Assembly (NCBI RefSeq): GCF_018350175.1
Contig: NC_058373.1
Coordinates: 104,038,001 to 104,102,000, forward strand
Direction: 5' to 3'
Origin: Felis catus
Taxonomy: Eukaryota
Length of the DNA: 64,000 bases
Part shown: positions 49,446-62,244 of the stretch, one piece after another
How positions within the stretch are numbered: position 1 is the first letter of the stretch
Layout of the letters: each line of letters starts with the position of its first letter
Translations under genes and position numbers: made by a program
Notes under the pieces: model-generated
The model's input: only the letters and a program-made list of their open reading frames with translations
The model's database searches: none
What the model was told of the DNA's origin: nothing

Positions 49446-49807
49446 AAGAAATAAGACAACTTAATCAAATGAATTGTAAGCATGATGGTGATAACTGTTA
49501 TGGAGAAAGACGGAAGAGGAAAGGAGAGAAATAAGCATGTGTGGACGGGGCACCATTTAAACGGGTAGTCATGGGAAATTCACTGACAAGGTGATATTTG
49601 AGTCAAGAAGGTGATGGGTGGAGACCCTGGGGCCATGTGGGGACTGAAACCAGAAGAAAAGAGGCTTTGAGGTGGGAGTGTGCAAGAGGAGCAGTGAAGA
49701 CGCCCGCATGGCAGGAATGTTGGGACGGAGAGCTGTAGGAAATGAAGTCAAAGAAGTAATGGGCTCCTCATGTAACAACTTGGAAGCCATTGTAAGAACT
49801 CCTGTAT

Positions 49808-50041
49808 GGGCGCCTGGGTGGCGCAGTTGGTTAAGCGTCCGGCTTCAGCCAGGTCACGATCTCGCAGTCTGTGAGTTCGAGCCCCGCGTCAGGCTCTGGG
49901 CTGATGGCTCGGAGCCTGGAGCCTGTTTCCGATTCTGTGTCTCCCTCTCTCTCTGCCCCTCCCCCGTTCATGCTCTGTCTCTCTCTGTCCCAAAAATAAG
50001 TAAAAACGTTGAAAAAAAAAATTAAAAAAAAAAAAAAAAAA
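49808..50041 (+). mobile_element. Young feline Can-SINE
   Basis: TSD aagaactcctgt; long A-tail. Confidence 0.95.
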
Positions 50042-50289
50042 AAGAACTCCTGTGTTTCCAGAGAGCGGGATGCAAAGCCAAAGGTTTTGAACAGAGGAGT
50101 GACATGATCTGACTTTCATTCTAACTGAGTCATTTTGTTGACTAGGTTAAGGACAGATTAGAAAGGGCAAGGGCAGAAGCAGGAAGATCAGTAAGAAGCT
50201 GTTGCGATATTCCAAGTGTAGCTATTAGACCAGTGGAGATGGTGAGAAGGGAACAAACTCTCTCTCTCTGTATGTATTTTATGTTTGTT

Positions 50290-50543
50290 TATTTATTTAT
50301 TTATTCATTCATTTATTTATTTTTAATTTTTTAAATTTACATTTATTTATTTTTGAGAGACAGAATGAGACAGAGCATGAGCAGAGGAGGGGCAGAGAGA
50401 GGAGACACAGAATCTGAAGCAGATTCCAGGCTCTGAGCAAGCATTTAGCACAGAGCCTGTTGCGGGGCTCAAACCCACCAACTGTGAGATCATGACCTGA
50501 GCTGAAGTCAGACACTTAACGGACTGAGCCACCCAGGAGCCCC
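50290..50543 (-). mobile_element. Feline Can-SINE variant inserted in the tail of an older SINE
   Basis: Diagnostic gagcaagcatttagcacag segment. Confidence 0.9.
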
Positions 50544-50733
50544 TATTTATTTATTTTTGATAGAGAGAGAGAGTGGAAGAGGGACAGAGAGAGAGGAAGA
50601 GAGAGGACCCTAAGCAGGCTCCGCACCGTCAGGGCACAGCCCGACATGGGTCACGAAAACATGAACCGTGAGATCATTTCCTGAGCTGAAATCAAGAGTA
50701 GGACGCTCAACTGACCGAGGTACCCAGACACCC
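50544..50733 (-). mobile_element. Older Can-SINE
   Basis: Diverged antisense element directly after 50543. Confidence 0.88.
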
Positions 50734-50939
50734 TGATGCTAGATATATTTTGAAGGTAAAGCCAACAGGATTTATCGACTGGTCAGATGTGGGGTTCGAG
50801 AACAGTTTTTAGTCTGAATAACTGTAAGGATGACTGACAAAAATATGAATGGCATTTAGAGGCACGAGACTGGATGAAATCCTAAGAGAAGAGATCCAAG
50901 GACTGAGCCCTGGACACAGTGTTGAGGGAATGCAGAGAT

Positions 50940-51290
50940 AAGATTGGTCCAGGTAAGACTACCCGCTGTAACAAACAAAATCAGAAATGAAGAATGGTTA
51001 ATAGAAGTCTATTTCTCACTCACGTGAAGTCCAAATGAGTGTTCTGATTCGTGGTGTCTCTCCTTCCATTTTGTGGTTCCTCTATCTTCATATGGTTTCC
51101 AAGGTCACCATGAACATCCACGTCATGCAAGGAGAAAGGGAAAGATAGTGCACGGGGGGATTTTAAGATCACACCAAGAAGTGGCACCTGTGGCTTCTTC
51201 AAATTATAAGGGAGATTTAGAAATGCAGTCTAACTAAGTTTTCATGAAAAATAAAAACCTTGTTTGGTAAGCAGCTATCCAGGCTCTGTA
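50940..51290 (-). mobile_element. MaLR LTR (MLT1J-like) within L2
   Basis: gctgtaacaaacaa...aagtctatttctcactcacgtgaagtcc. Confidence 0.65.
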
Positions 51291-51687
51291 CAAAGGATGG
51301 AACGGTAAAGGAGACTGAGAAAGACTGGCTAATGAGGTGTTAGAAAAGTTGGTGGAGTTTGATGTCCAGGAAGCCAAGCGAAGAAAAAATTCAAGGAAGA
51401 GAGAATGGTCAGCTGTGTCCAGTGCTACTGAAAGATCAAATAATATGAGGACTGAGACCTGAGCAAAGGATTATCATTGTTAAAATTGGTGACTGTGACA
51501 AGGGCAATGACTTTTGGAATGAATTCAAGAGACAGAGAAAGAAAGGAGAATAGACATGGATGACTCTTTCCAGAATTTGTCGAATGCAGATCAACACGAA
51601 GACTTAACAGCTACCTTCCTGGTCATGGTTATGGCGGGAAACAGAATTCATCCCAAGTGGTTCCAATGAAGAAACTTTAAGAAAGTA

Positions 51688-51909
51688 GGGGAACCTGGGT
51701 GGCTCAGTCGGTTAAGCGTCCTACTTCAGCTCAGGTCATGATCTCGTGGTCCGTGAGTTCGAGCCCCGCGTCGGGCTCTGGGCTGATGGCTCAGAGCCTG
51801 GAGCCTGTTTCCGATTCTGTGTCTCCCTCTCTCTCTGCCCCTCCCCCGTTCATGCTCTGTCTCTCTCTGTCCCCAAAATAAATAAACGTTGAAAAAAAAT
51901 TAAAAAAAA
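51688..51909 (+). mobile_element. Feline Can-SINE with intermediate diagnostics
   Basis: TSD aagaaagta. Confidence 0.94.
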
Positions 51910-51949
51910 AAGAAAGTATTACTGGTGGAGGTGTGGGCTTCCCTGAGGG

Positions 51950-52310
51950 AATAAACGACAGATAGTGAGGTACCAAGGAACTAGCTACAGTGGGAAGCTG
52001 TTACCGCTTCTAAACTGAAGGGACAAGGAGAAGAGATCAGGTTAGTGGAACACAATGAGAGACGAAAGACCAAAGAAGAATCACCCAGTGGAAGCCATGG
52101 GCCTGGGGAGAATCAGTCGTTGCCTGAATAGAGCATGGAAGGGAGGAGGGAGCAAGGAAGAACTACCAGAAACCTTTACACTCACCCTCTGATCTCCAAA
52201 TATTGGTCAAAGCTAAACATAAGTTCACCAGCAAGGGAGCTCAGGAGATGTGGCCCACAAGGGTCACCCTCCCATGGCACAGAGCAAGGCTGAGAAGATC
52301 AACAGCTGGG
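51950..52310. mobile_element. Ancient ERVL-type LTR fragment
   Basis: gcaagggagctcaggagatgtggcccacaagggtcaccctcccatggcacagagcaagg. Confidence 0.5.
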
Positions 52311-52879
52311 AAGGGGAAGGACAGCAGATAACAAGCTCAGAGGGGTTGCTCGAACTTTCCCACGGAGGTGGACAGATGTTTGTTGCCCCATAAAGGGTAT
52401 TCTACTTCCTTGATTGAGTGCTCGTGCGATAGTTACCGTATCTTTCCTGTTGATTATCATATGGCATGAAGAAAATATGATGACTCCAAATAACACCAGA
52501 CAGGTTTTACACAGGACACCACAGTTGTGTAGATTAGCACACTATGTCTACTTAACATGGGAAGCAAATATCTGTTTCCTCCAAATGTTTGTTGGACTCC
52601 TCCCAAACCCGATTCAATGATAGCAACGATTTATAGGAAGGAATATATAAGTCCCACAATGTTTTAAGGAAGCAAATTATGTGCATAGCTAAACTAGAGA
52701 GGGTTTGCTTAATAACCAAGGCTATTTGCATTTAACTGAGAGGGAAGCAAATTTGTACTGGTAACTCACACGCGAAGTACGGTTTGTGATTATAAAGCCA
52801 GGTGATGTTATACAGTTAAGTCCCATGTGAGCATATGAGCAGGCACCATTCACAGAAGGGAATTAAAGAGGGATTCCAA

Positions 52880-54750
52880 AATGTACTAAAATCAGCATAA
52901 CCACTATGCCCTCCACCTCGGCCCCCAGCTCCTCCTCTTCTGATTTTGTATAATACAAGCCCATCCAGGAATCATCTCTCTTTTGTAGAAGGGATAACAG
53001 CTTTACACAATATTCATGTTTTCAATAATATCCCATGCAGAGCACACTCGAGGTTTCTTTTATAACTCTCCTAATCATCTTCCACCCAATACAATTAGCA
53101 TTATCTAAATTAGTTATCAGTTTACCAAATTGTCTCCTCCTTTAAAAAAAGTCATATTGCAAAATTATAGGTATAGCCATAGACAAAACTAGTGTTCTAT
53201 GCTTGCACACATCTGGAGAGAGATAATGTTCTTAATCCTAATTAGAATTCTTTCCCTTTCCTATATGAACTTCTCGGAATCAGGGGTGACCTTATTTTCA
53301 TTTGGATAGAGCCCTGGTAAATCAACTGATTTTCATTTGTCTTGCAACACATCACCTCCTGTTCAAATGTGTTTATTTAAGCTCTAGGCCTTTTACTATC
53401 TTTCTGCATTGCTGCTTCTCCCAAAAATATCCATTTGGAATAGAATGCATTCCATTTCCCTTATTCTGCAATAGGATCTTTAGTGCAATTCAACCATTGT
53501 TTGAGCCAAAGTCCTGCCTTTTGAAGCTAGTGCCTCCAAGCTCAGCCAATGTGATGTTTCTATCAACGTGTCCCACAGAGATCAGGAAACTCCCGGCTGG
53601 CGGTCAAAATCTGTTCTCCCTTCCTTCCCCAGCACTAGAGTTTAAACTAGGCGACTGGATGGCCATTTTCACCCTTCCTTGCAACCGGATATGGCTCTAT
53701 GACTAAATTCAGGTCAATGGGATGTGTACATCTCCTGGGACCTTCCACTTTAAAGACAAACCATGAGTCCCAGTGTACCTCTCTTCCCCCTTATCATAAG
53801 TTGGGACATGTTTGTGACCATGTCCATACTTTGATTATCACAGCTGGCTTTCATTATACAGACAAGGACAATGCTCTAAGGGATGGTAGACCAACAAGAC
53901 AGGTTCCTAAAAGACCATATGGAGGAGAACTTTCACACCATTTTGGAATATTCTCCCTAGAATTACCTTCCTTAAGACGCTGTATTTAAGGTTACTTTGT
54001 TAAAGCAACTTAACCTCTACCCTAACTAAAACCATTGTCAAATCGACTGAACTTCTCAAACATGTGAGAAAAGATGAAATTAGATCAGAGTGTAACTACT
54101 TTCAAGCTGGAATATCACTTTTTCTTAATTGTTCTGCTTGAGTAAGTAAAACATGGACTCACCCAGAATGTTACCTTTGACAAAGTCTAAATCACAACTC
54201 TTACTCTCAACTTTTCATCATCTGGTCTTTTTTTGAAGATGGCTCATTCAAAGTAGAATCTGAGTAAAGTAATTCTTTCTAAATAACACTATAGGCATTG
54301 TCTCAATTAAAGTAGGATCAATTATCCAGGATTAGTAATTTAGTTTTTTTAAACATACCTTTTTGTTGAGGACTTCTAAATTCAGGTTCAAATGACAATA
54401 GAGTCATCAACAACAGCAAATAATAATAATAACAAAATAAAAAATAAAGAAATGCAGACAGACAAACAAAAACACACAGAGAAATTTGGATCCTGGTTTT
54501 TTTGATCTTCCAGTGGGTGAATCTGGGTATCCATCTGTTTGGGTGCTGAGGTGAATGGTAGTATTTGTTGGTATAATTATGAGCTGTCACTCAAAATAAG
54601 AAGACATATTCTCCAAAGAGAGTTGACTCCTGAAAACATTGTGATATGTAGAAATATATAAGATTTCTTTGTTTTTCTTCAGGAAAGTGTTCTGCATCTT
54701 CTTGCTAATACTAGAAAGAGCTTATGATGTACCATTTGCTGCAATAATTA
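52880..54750 (-). mobile_element. Possible L4 (RTE-X) LINE fossil, interrupted by an LTR
   Basis: ccctccacctcggcccccagctcctcctcttctgattttgtataa resembles recalled L4 sequence; minus strand gives ELGAEVEG, like the YGAExWG motif; extent uncertain. Confidence 0.35.
53580..54032 (+). mobile_element. MaLR LTR (MLT1J-like)
   Basis: ttccttgcaaccggatatggctctatgactaaattcaggtcaatgggatg...ccctaactaaaac. Confidence 0.7.
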
Positions 54751-54759
54751 GGCATTTTT

Positions 54760-55001
54760 AATTGATGTATTTTAATTTTTTCAATGTGTATTTATTTTTG
54801 AGAGAGAGAGCGCGCGCAAGACAGAATGTGAGTAGGGGAAAGGCAAAGAGAGAGGGAGGCACAGAATCTGAAGCAGGCTCCAGGCTCTGAGCAGTCAGCA
54901 CAGAGCCCGATGTGGGGTTCGAACTCACGAACCAAGAGATCATGACCTGAGTCCAAATCAGACACTTAATCACTTAACCCACTGAGCCACCCAGGGGTTC
55001 C
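54760..55001 (-). mobile_element. Feline Can-SINE
   Basis: TSD aggcattttt; internal cacttaa duplication. Confidence 0.92.
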
Positions 55002-55080
55002 AGGCATTTTTTAAAGCAACAGAACAAATCAGCATGAAAGGTTTCTTGTTCCCTGAGGTTGTAGCAGTAGATCCAGTTTT

Positions 55081-55304
55081 TCTTTGATTTTTTCCTTAAC
55101 ATTTATTTATTTTTGAGAGACAGTGAGACAGCGCATGAGCAGGGGAGGGGCAGAGAGAGAAGGAGACCCGGAATCCAAAGCAGGCTCCCAGCTCTGAGCA
55201 AGTGTTTAGCACAGAGCCCAATGCAGGGCTGGAACCCAGGAGTGGTGAGATCATGACCCCAGCTGAAGTCGGATGCTCAACCAACTGAGCCACCCAGGCG
55301 CCCC
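55081..55304 (-). mobile_element. Feline Can-SINE variant
   Basis: gagcaagtgtttagcacag segment; degenerate TSD gca(g/a)taga(t/c)cca. Confidence 0.92.
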
Positions 55305-55359
55305 GCAATAGACCCATTTTTATCTGTCTAAATATCCAAGTGATTTGATACAAATATCC

Positions 55360-55574
55360 TTTAAGAAATTTCTTTAACGTTTATTTATTTTTGAGAGACA
55401 GAGACAGAGCGCGAGTGGGGGACGGGCAGAGATAGAGGGAGACAGAATCTGAAGCAGGCTCCAGGCTCTGAGGTGCCAGGACAGAGCCCGATGCGGGGCT
55501 CGAACTCACAAACAGTGAGATCGTGACCTGAGCTGAAGTCAGTTGCTCAACCGATTGAGCCACCCAGGCGCCCC
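55360..55574 (-). mobile_element. Feline Can-SINE
   Basis: TSD gatacaaatatcc. Confidence 0.93.
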
Positions 55575-56049
55575 GATACAAATATCCCTTAAATTGTCTC
55601 TCTTCCTTTCCGATTTTGGGGTCAGGACAGTGCATAGGTGCAACACCGCACGCGAATGGATCCGTCATAGAAGTCCTCAGATGCGCGAAGGACTGGTGTT
55701 TGCTGCTGACCCTGTGTCCCTGTTATGAGATCCAGCTGCAGGGTCTTGTGACCCGACTTGTTAAAAAAACAGAAATTTCATGATTATGGCAACTACACCT
55801 GGAAGCTAAACCGCAGTCAAGTGGCTTCTGCCTTGAAGCCTAATATTCCAGTGTTCTATGTGCTCCTGGGTTCAAGGGGAAGCACCTGAAAGAGGCAAGA
55901 GCTACAGAGAGGATGCAGACACAAACACAGATTTAGCTGGTGCACAGCCCCCTTGTTTCTGTGGTCACGGCTCCTTCCTAAGCAGCTTCTTTAGAAGCCG
56001 ACCGTTTTCTACACCTCCTGCCATCCATCCCACTCTTACATGTTGGTGT

Positions 56050-57315
56050 TTCTAAGGACTCTGACCTTTAATCTTTTATTAATGTACACACTCACCCTGG
56101 GGGGTTGCATTCTCGCTTATAACCCGCACAAAGAGCCGCCAGTTGACGCTTTCCAACTGTACCCTCCACAGAAATTTGAAACTGAAAATAACCAAAACTC
56201 AGCTTCAAAAACTCTCTTCAAAAGTGTTCCTCCTGTTTCCTATTTAGTGAAGAGCAGCATTATTTACCCAAGCCCGAAACATAGGGGGAAGCCTTCACAC
56301 CTCCTTCTCCATCAGCACCCCCCCCCCCCCGGTCTCCTCCTACACTGATTCTTGCTGATTCTACCCTTTAAGTGTCAACCCTGTCCCTTCCTCCTGAAGA
56401 CAGCTTGTCTGCCCTTATTTCCACGCAAGTCATTTATAAGTTTCTGAATTGGACTCCCTGGATCCAGGCTCATCAGCGTGGCATCTGTAGGTCAATCTCA
56501 TACCACCCCCAGGGCAATCTGTCTCATATGAACATTTCTCCCTCTGATGATCCTCTGCTTAAGAAACCTAGGAGCTTCTGGGGCACCCGGGGGGCTCAGT
56601 CGGTTAAGCGACTGACTTCAGCTCAGGTCATGATCTCACGGTTTGTGGGTTCGAGTCCCACGTAGGGCTCTGTGCTGACAGCTCAGGGTCTGGAGCCTGC
56701 TTTGGATTCTGTGTCTCCCTCTCTCTCTCCCCCACTTGCATTCTCTCTCTGTCTCTGTCTCTGTCTCTGTCTCTGTCTCTGTCTCTCTCTCAAAAGTAAA
56801 TAAGCATTAAAAAAATAAAAAGGAAACCTAGGAGTTCCCAATAGAGCAAAGCCCAGAGCTCTCACCAGGCACAGGAACCTTCCACATGCTCATTTGCAAC
56901 CATTGTCCAGGAAGCAGTTCTTGCTTCCAGCCTTGCTCCAGATGAAGTGAGCTGCTTGTGTTCGTATCTCCAGCATGATGATATTGCCCACGTAATTGGC
57001 ATCGCCAGGAATGCCCACTCCACTTTGCTGGCCCATGAACCAGCTCATGTTCTCCCCTTCTCGACTATCCTGCCTGCATTTCTCTAGACAGGGCTGGTCA
57101 CACCCTCCCTCACACCATGTCGGTGCTTTGCACTTCTGCCTCTATAGTACTTATCTCACTGTAGAACGATTATTTGTTTACATCATGTTCTGTGTTTCCA
57201 GACTAACCGCAAATTCCTTGAAGATGGGAGTTATTTTGCAATCATCTTAGGATCTCAGATCTGCTTTAGAACTTGACACCTAGCCGGTTTGATGCACATT
57301 CATGGAATGAATGAG
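56050..57315 (+). mobile_element. Decayed L2 with nested SINE
   Basis: Pyrimidine-rich L2 motifs ending ggaatgaatga. Confidence 0.6.
56580..56821 (+). mobile_element. Feline Can-SINE with (TCTCTG)n expansion
   Basis: TSD gaaacctaggag. Confidence 0.93.
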
Positions 57316-57359
57316 CAAAAGAACATGCCTGCTGAAGATGTGGTTACTCAGAGTGGTTA

Positions 57360-57628
57360 CTATTAGTGCAGGTTCCCCAGAGGAAGAGATCCAACAGAAT
57401 CTCTTTGTGGGTGTGTGGGGGTGTGTGTGTGTCTGTAGTATGAAATAGTGTAATATATATTTTATATATTAAATATATTTTTTAAACATACACGCATATA
57501 TACATATGTAACACATAAATGGACATATATATAAAATAAGATACATTATATTATATTAGATTTATGATAGGAATTGGATCCCATGATGACAGAGAGTGAG
57601 AAGTCCCACAACCTGCCATTTGTAAGCT
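57360..57628 (-). mobile_element. MLT2-like ERVL LTR fragment with internal TG/TA microsatellite
   Basis: tattagtgcaggttccccagag...ggaattgg...gagaagtcccacaacctgcca. Confidence 0.7.
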
Positions 57629-57629
57629 T

Positions 57630-58072
57630 TCTGTGTCCTAAGATGCTCCTGCCTGCCCTCGGGTTGCAAAAATACTATCCAATACTTTCTTCAAAAATCT
57701 TTTGAGTTCTAGCTTTTACATTTACTTGTGTAATCCATCTTGAATTGATTTTTGTGTTTAATGTAATATAGGACCAAGGTTCGTTTTTTTCCCCCATGTG
57801 GGCATCGAGTTGTTTCAGCAGCATTTGTTGAAAAGATTTTCTTTCCCTGCCAGATTACTTAGGTACCTTTACCAAATGATGGTAAACGTGGGGCTCTCTT
57901 CTGTTCTACTGCTTATTTATCCGTTCATATGCCAATGCCGTATTATCTTGATGACGGTAGCTTTATAAGTCACAAAATCGGGTAGCAAAGTCCTCCATGT
58001 TTGTACTTCTTTTTCAAAATCCTATTTGATATTCTCTGTTCTCTGTACTCCCAAACAAATTTTAGAATCAAA
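57630..58072 (-). mobile_element. Old L1 ORF2 fragment
   Basis: atccatcttgaattgatttttgtgt; cagcagcatttgttgaaaaga; aaattttagaatca. Confidence 0.8.
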
Positions 58073-59920
58073 ATTTATTCATATACTCTTAAAAACTGAA
58101 GTTTGAAAGGTCTAATACAGCTAGGCATCCAAGTGGAATTCTTTGTTTTCGTGTCTCAGTGTAGATGGAGACACTAATATCTTGGGATCACAAATGTCTT
58201 CATGGGTATCAGTTTTTATTCCCACTCGTACATGAACTACTCCCAAATTTTGTGGCGTATGCTCCTACCCATGAGCCATTTGTCCCTAGCTAGCAACGCT
58301 GCGTTTCTTAGGACTGGATTAATTAACCAGGTCTTATCATATTGTAAACACAGCTAGCCACAACAACAAAATAGCTCGTTACTTTGACTGAAGCCAAGTG
58401 AATTCAAACATCAAATTTTTAACTGATACATAAAACAAAACAAAAAAAAGATTGTGGCTCATTTGTTTGTTTCAAATAAATCCTGCTGACCAAGTTCAAA
58501 CAGAATTGGTAATTTCTAAAATGCTCAGAAATGCCAATTAAACTATTCTCTAAACTAAACTTGAAGAAATTTCAGTCACATCGCTGAACTAGGTTTTAAA
58601 TAAAGATTTCTATAAAGAACAGCTTCCCATGACTTAAATATTCTTTCTGCAGGGTATCATAGAGTGATACTTTCCAAAGCCAAGTTATTTTATCCATCAT
58701 ATGGTAATTAATAACAACGGGGTAGCAGGGCTTCCCTTTTTAAATTCTAGTCAATTCCATCCTTTCCCAAAGATTCTTTCTATCTTGAGAAAATGGTTTA
58801 GAAAAAAAAAAAAAAGAACAACTAGTGGAAGGGGAAAGGGAGAAAGAAGTCTTTCTTATAAAATTAAATCTTCTTTAGTAGACACTGGCATGTACTTAAC
58901 ATATTCACAGAAGTATCCCCTCCAGTGATGTTGCAAAAGCCACGCAAATAATAATTGTGGCTAAGTGCACTACATTGACAGTCAATATTGTATTTTCCAA
59001 GCTTGTACTCATTATTCTTTATAGTATTCATGCATTTTGTGAAAGATCAAAAGATTTACATATCATATGGAGTGCTTTAGGGAATAACTTGCTGAGTACT
59101 TTAAATGCACAATGTTCCACAGCCTTTTAAATACGGATTTCACTTCTCTCTTCTTTGTGATAAAGAAATAACAAGATAGAGCTAGATGTTTTTTCTTAAT
59201 ATAACAAAATGGCTATTTTAAAATATAAGATAAAAGTTTGATATTTTATCTGTAATTCTGAGTACAACTTTGTGATCCAAAACAATAAATTGTGGTTTTC
59301 TTTCATTGTGTGTGCTGAAAAAACATCCATACAAACCAACTCCAGCAGCTTCTCAAGCAAACCGTTACACAAACCTGCCACAACTTTTTTGAAGTCACAA
59401 AATAATAGAACTGAATCGTCTGCCTGGAGACACTGATGGTGTAGACTCCATGGCCTTTATTCCACAAAGCTTTAATCTAAAATAAGGAGGGATGAGCTAG
59501 GACCAGTCATTTTTCAGCTGGCATGGATATAGGCATGCAAGGGAAGAAGCTCTTAAGAGAAAAGGAATCTGAACTAGAACTGAAATAAAAACTTGAAACA
59601 AACCAACAAACAAACAAAAGGGATCTGGCTTATTGGCTCCCCTTCCTGACCTGAGACGAACCAAATAGGAGTTTGAGAAGTTCACCCTTCCTCCATAAGG
59701 TCATTGGCATTTCTCTTACCCATAAGGTTATCATCAACAATAACACGCATGGGTAGTTAGCAACATGAACAACACTGGCTGAAAGACACGCTCCGCAAAC
59801 AACTGCTTTTAAGAGAAAACAAAAATTTCCTGAAATCACCTATGCCAGTGTGAACCACACCAAAAAGACAAGTTCGCCAATACCCTCAAAAACATGAGTG
59901 ATTAGAAATTTTAGGAACAC

Positions 59921-60142
59921 GGGGCGCCTGGGTGGCTCAGTCGGTTAAGCGGCCGACTTCAGCTCAGGTCATGATCTCGCGGTCTGTGAGTTCGAGCCCC
60001 GCGTCGGGCTCTGTGCTGACAGCTGGGACCCTGGAGCCTGCTTCCGATTCTGTGTCTCCCTCTCTCTCTGACCCTCCCCCCATTCATGCTCTGTCTCTCT
60101 CTGTCTCAAAAATAAATAAACGTTAAAAAAAATAAAAAAAAA
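59921..60142 (+). mobile_element. Feline Can-SINE
   Basis: Perfect TSD agaaattttaggaacac. Confidence 0.95.
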
Positions 60143-60169
60143 AGAAATTTTAGGAACACATCTTTCCAG

Positions 60170-60194
60170 GTGTGTGTGTGTGTGTGTGTGTGTG
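60170..60194. repeat. (TG)n
   Basis: Directly visible. Confidence 0.9.
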
Positions 60195-61325
60195 ATAAAT
60201 CACACCAGTTTGTTGTACAAACACTACTTACCTAGATCAATAATTTCTATATCTAGCCTATTTATTTTATTTTATTTTTTACAGTTAGTCACTTTTCCCT
60301 GGTGCTGTCTATGGCATGTATATTCACCTGGGAAGTAAAGAGGAGGCAGCTGAAGCAAATGGGTAGGGAAGTCCCTACGACATCTTAGGACGGGAGCCCT
60401 GACACCATACGACTTTAGGATACTATACAGATGATGTGTTTTTATTCCATCCAGTCCAACCGAATACCTGAAAACTTCTGCAACACAGGAAAGCACACGA
60501 GCAGGTTGAGTGTTGAGTGGGACAATTCAAAGCCCATGCATCGGCGGTTAGGAGAAGAACGCCAGTCATAGTTCACTACTTTGAGCAAAGGTATACACAG
60601 ATACCCTTTATTTTATCCATTTCAGCACCAGGTTTTCCCGCCACAGGCCAAATTCTGGTGGAAGGGCATGAACGAGAGAGAAGGGCTCATCATCATAAAG
60701 CTCTTCTTCCTGAGAAGCCCTTGTCTTCCTACTGTGGGGGGAAAAGAGACTGGGGCAAACCGGGGAGTGTATTGATTCGGAGCATTTCACTTTACTCCAG
60801 AACAAACTGAATGAACACTGTTCTTTAATGAAGCATAACAGGGTAGAGAATTCTGCTTAAATATTTGCTCAGATAATATTTTCTTACTCTGAAGCTATGA
60901 ATCTGGCAACAGAGACAGATTAATAATAGCAATGAGTCCTGTGGCTGTTTGAAGAGAAACTCCGTGTATCCAGAGGTAGCAATCAAATAAGCTCTGAAAG
61001 CTTATGCCACAGAACCATATACAGATTGCCAGGGGGCTGTCCCTCCATAAGCCTGAATGTTGAAAGCGGTGACACTGGCCCTTCTACATCCTAGAGTGTC
61101 ACCGTAGCGAGTGCCATGTGAAATATGCCGTCTGATTCAGCTTTAGCTTCGGCAATAATATTTCAAAAACACTTGAAGCTTTTCAACCCATATCGGCATT
61201 TACCATCATGATGAGGAACATGTCTGGATAATAATCCTGAACTACAGAAGCCCAGATGATAAAATAGTGATTTTTAGGGAGATGAAAAAATATAAATACA
61301 AATTTAAAAAATAGGGGTTTGGTTT

Positions 61326-61531
61326 CTTTTTTTAATGTTTCTTTATTTTTGAGAGACAGAGCATGAGCAGGGAGGGGCAGAGAGAGAGAGAGGGAGACAT
61401 AGAATCCGAAGCAGGCTCCAGACCCCAAGCCGTCAGCACAGAGCCCTACATGGGCCTCGAACTCACGGACTGTGAGATCATGACCTGAGCCAAAGTCAGA
61501 CGCTCAACTGACTGAGCCACCCAGGTGCCCC
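61326..61531 (-). mobile_element. Feline Can-SINE, older subfamily
   Basis: Full antisense element. Confidence 0.92.
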
Positions 61532-61629
61532 TGGGTTTTTATTTTTTAAAGAGAAGAAAGAAGAGAGGACGAAAGCAATAAAATAAAGTGAGATCCTGGT
61601 GTTCCCCTATCGGATTATCAGACCATTTG

Positions 61630-62070
61630 CACCCAATGTTGGTGACATGCAAAGTAAGGGACACTAGCATAGTGTCTAGTGACCTTGGAAATTGATACAC
61701 TCTTTATAGAGGGCAACCTGGTAATACATATCCAAGATCTTTACAATGGACTTAGAAATTCCTCCCCTACATATTTACATTATAGAACGAAATAGAGAGG
61801 AAATGAAAAATGTTCATTTTGGCTTTGTTTACAACAACCGAAAATGTAAAACAACCTGAATATTCAAATAGGGGGTGGGTTATAAAAATACATGGAAGGT
61901 ATATGCAATCTCTACTAAGAATTTAATAACAATGATACAGATTTGGTATGAAAATATGTTCAGAAGATATCACATGAAAAACATATTACAGAGCAATATT
62001 CTTGTTATGTTCTTGATTTTATGAAATGTGTTTGTTATATATAGGTCCAAATACAGAAAAAAAAATGGAG
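61630..62070 (+). mobile_element. Ancient L1 (L1ME-like) 3' fragment
   Basis: gagggcaacctggtaata...aaacaacctgaatattcaaatagggg. Confidence 0.6.
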
Positions 62071-62244
62071 ATTATTTCAGATTAAAGATTTGTAAACAAA
62101 CTTTTGCTTTCTTATTCCTTTCGCTATTATCTAACATATTTATTATGCACACAAGTTCATCTAAAATCTGATTCAAAGCTACAAAACGATTTCCATTTTG
62201 AACAAAGTAAAAAGCAATATGTTTTATTTTGAAATAAAAACTTT

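Larger units (their letters stand above)
49083..51550 (-). mobile_element. Long L2 (L2a-like) fragmented by four SINEs and an LTR
   Basis: Starts (CATT)n taaatatttcttgaacac; antisense L2 motifs resume after each insertion (gagtgacatgatctgact; atattttgaaggtaaagccaacaggattt; tccaggaagccaagcgaagaaa). Confidence 0.8.
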
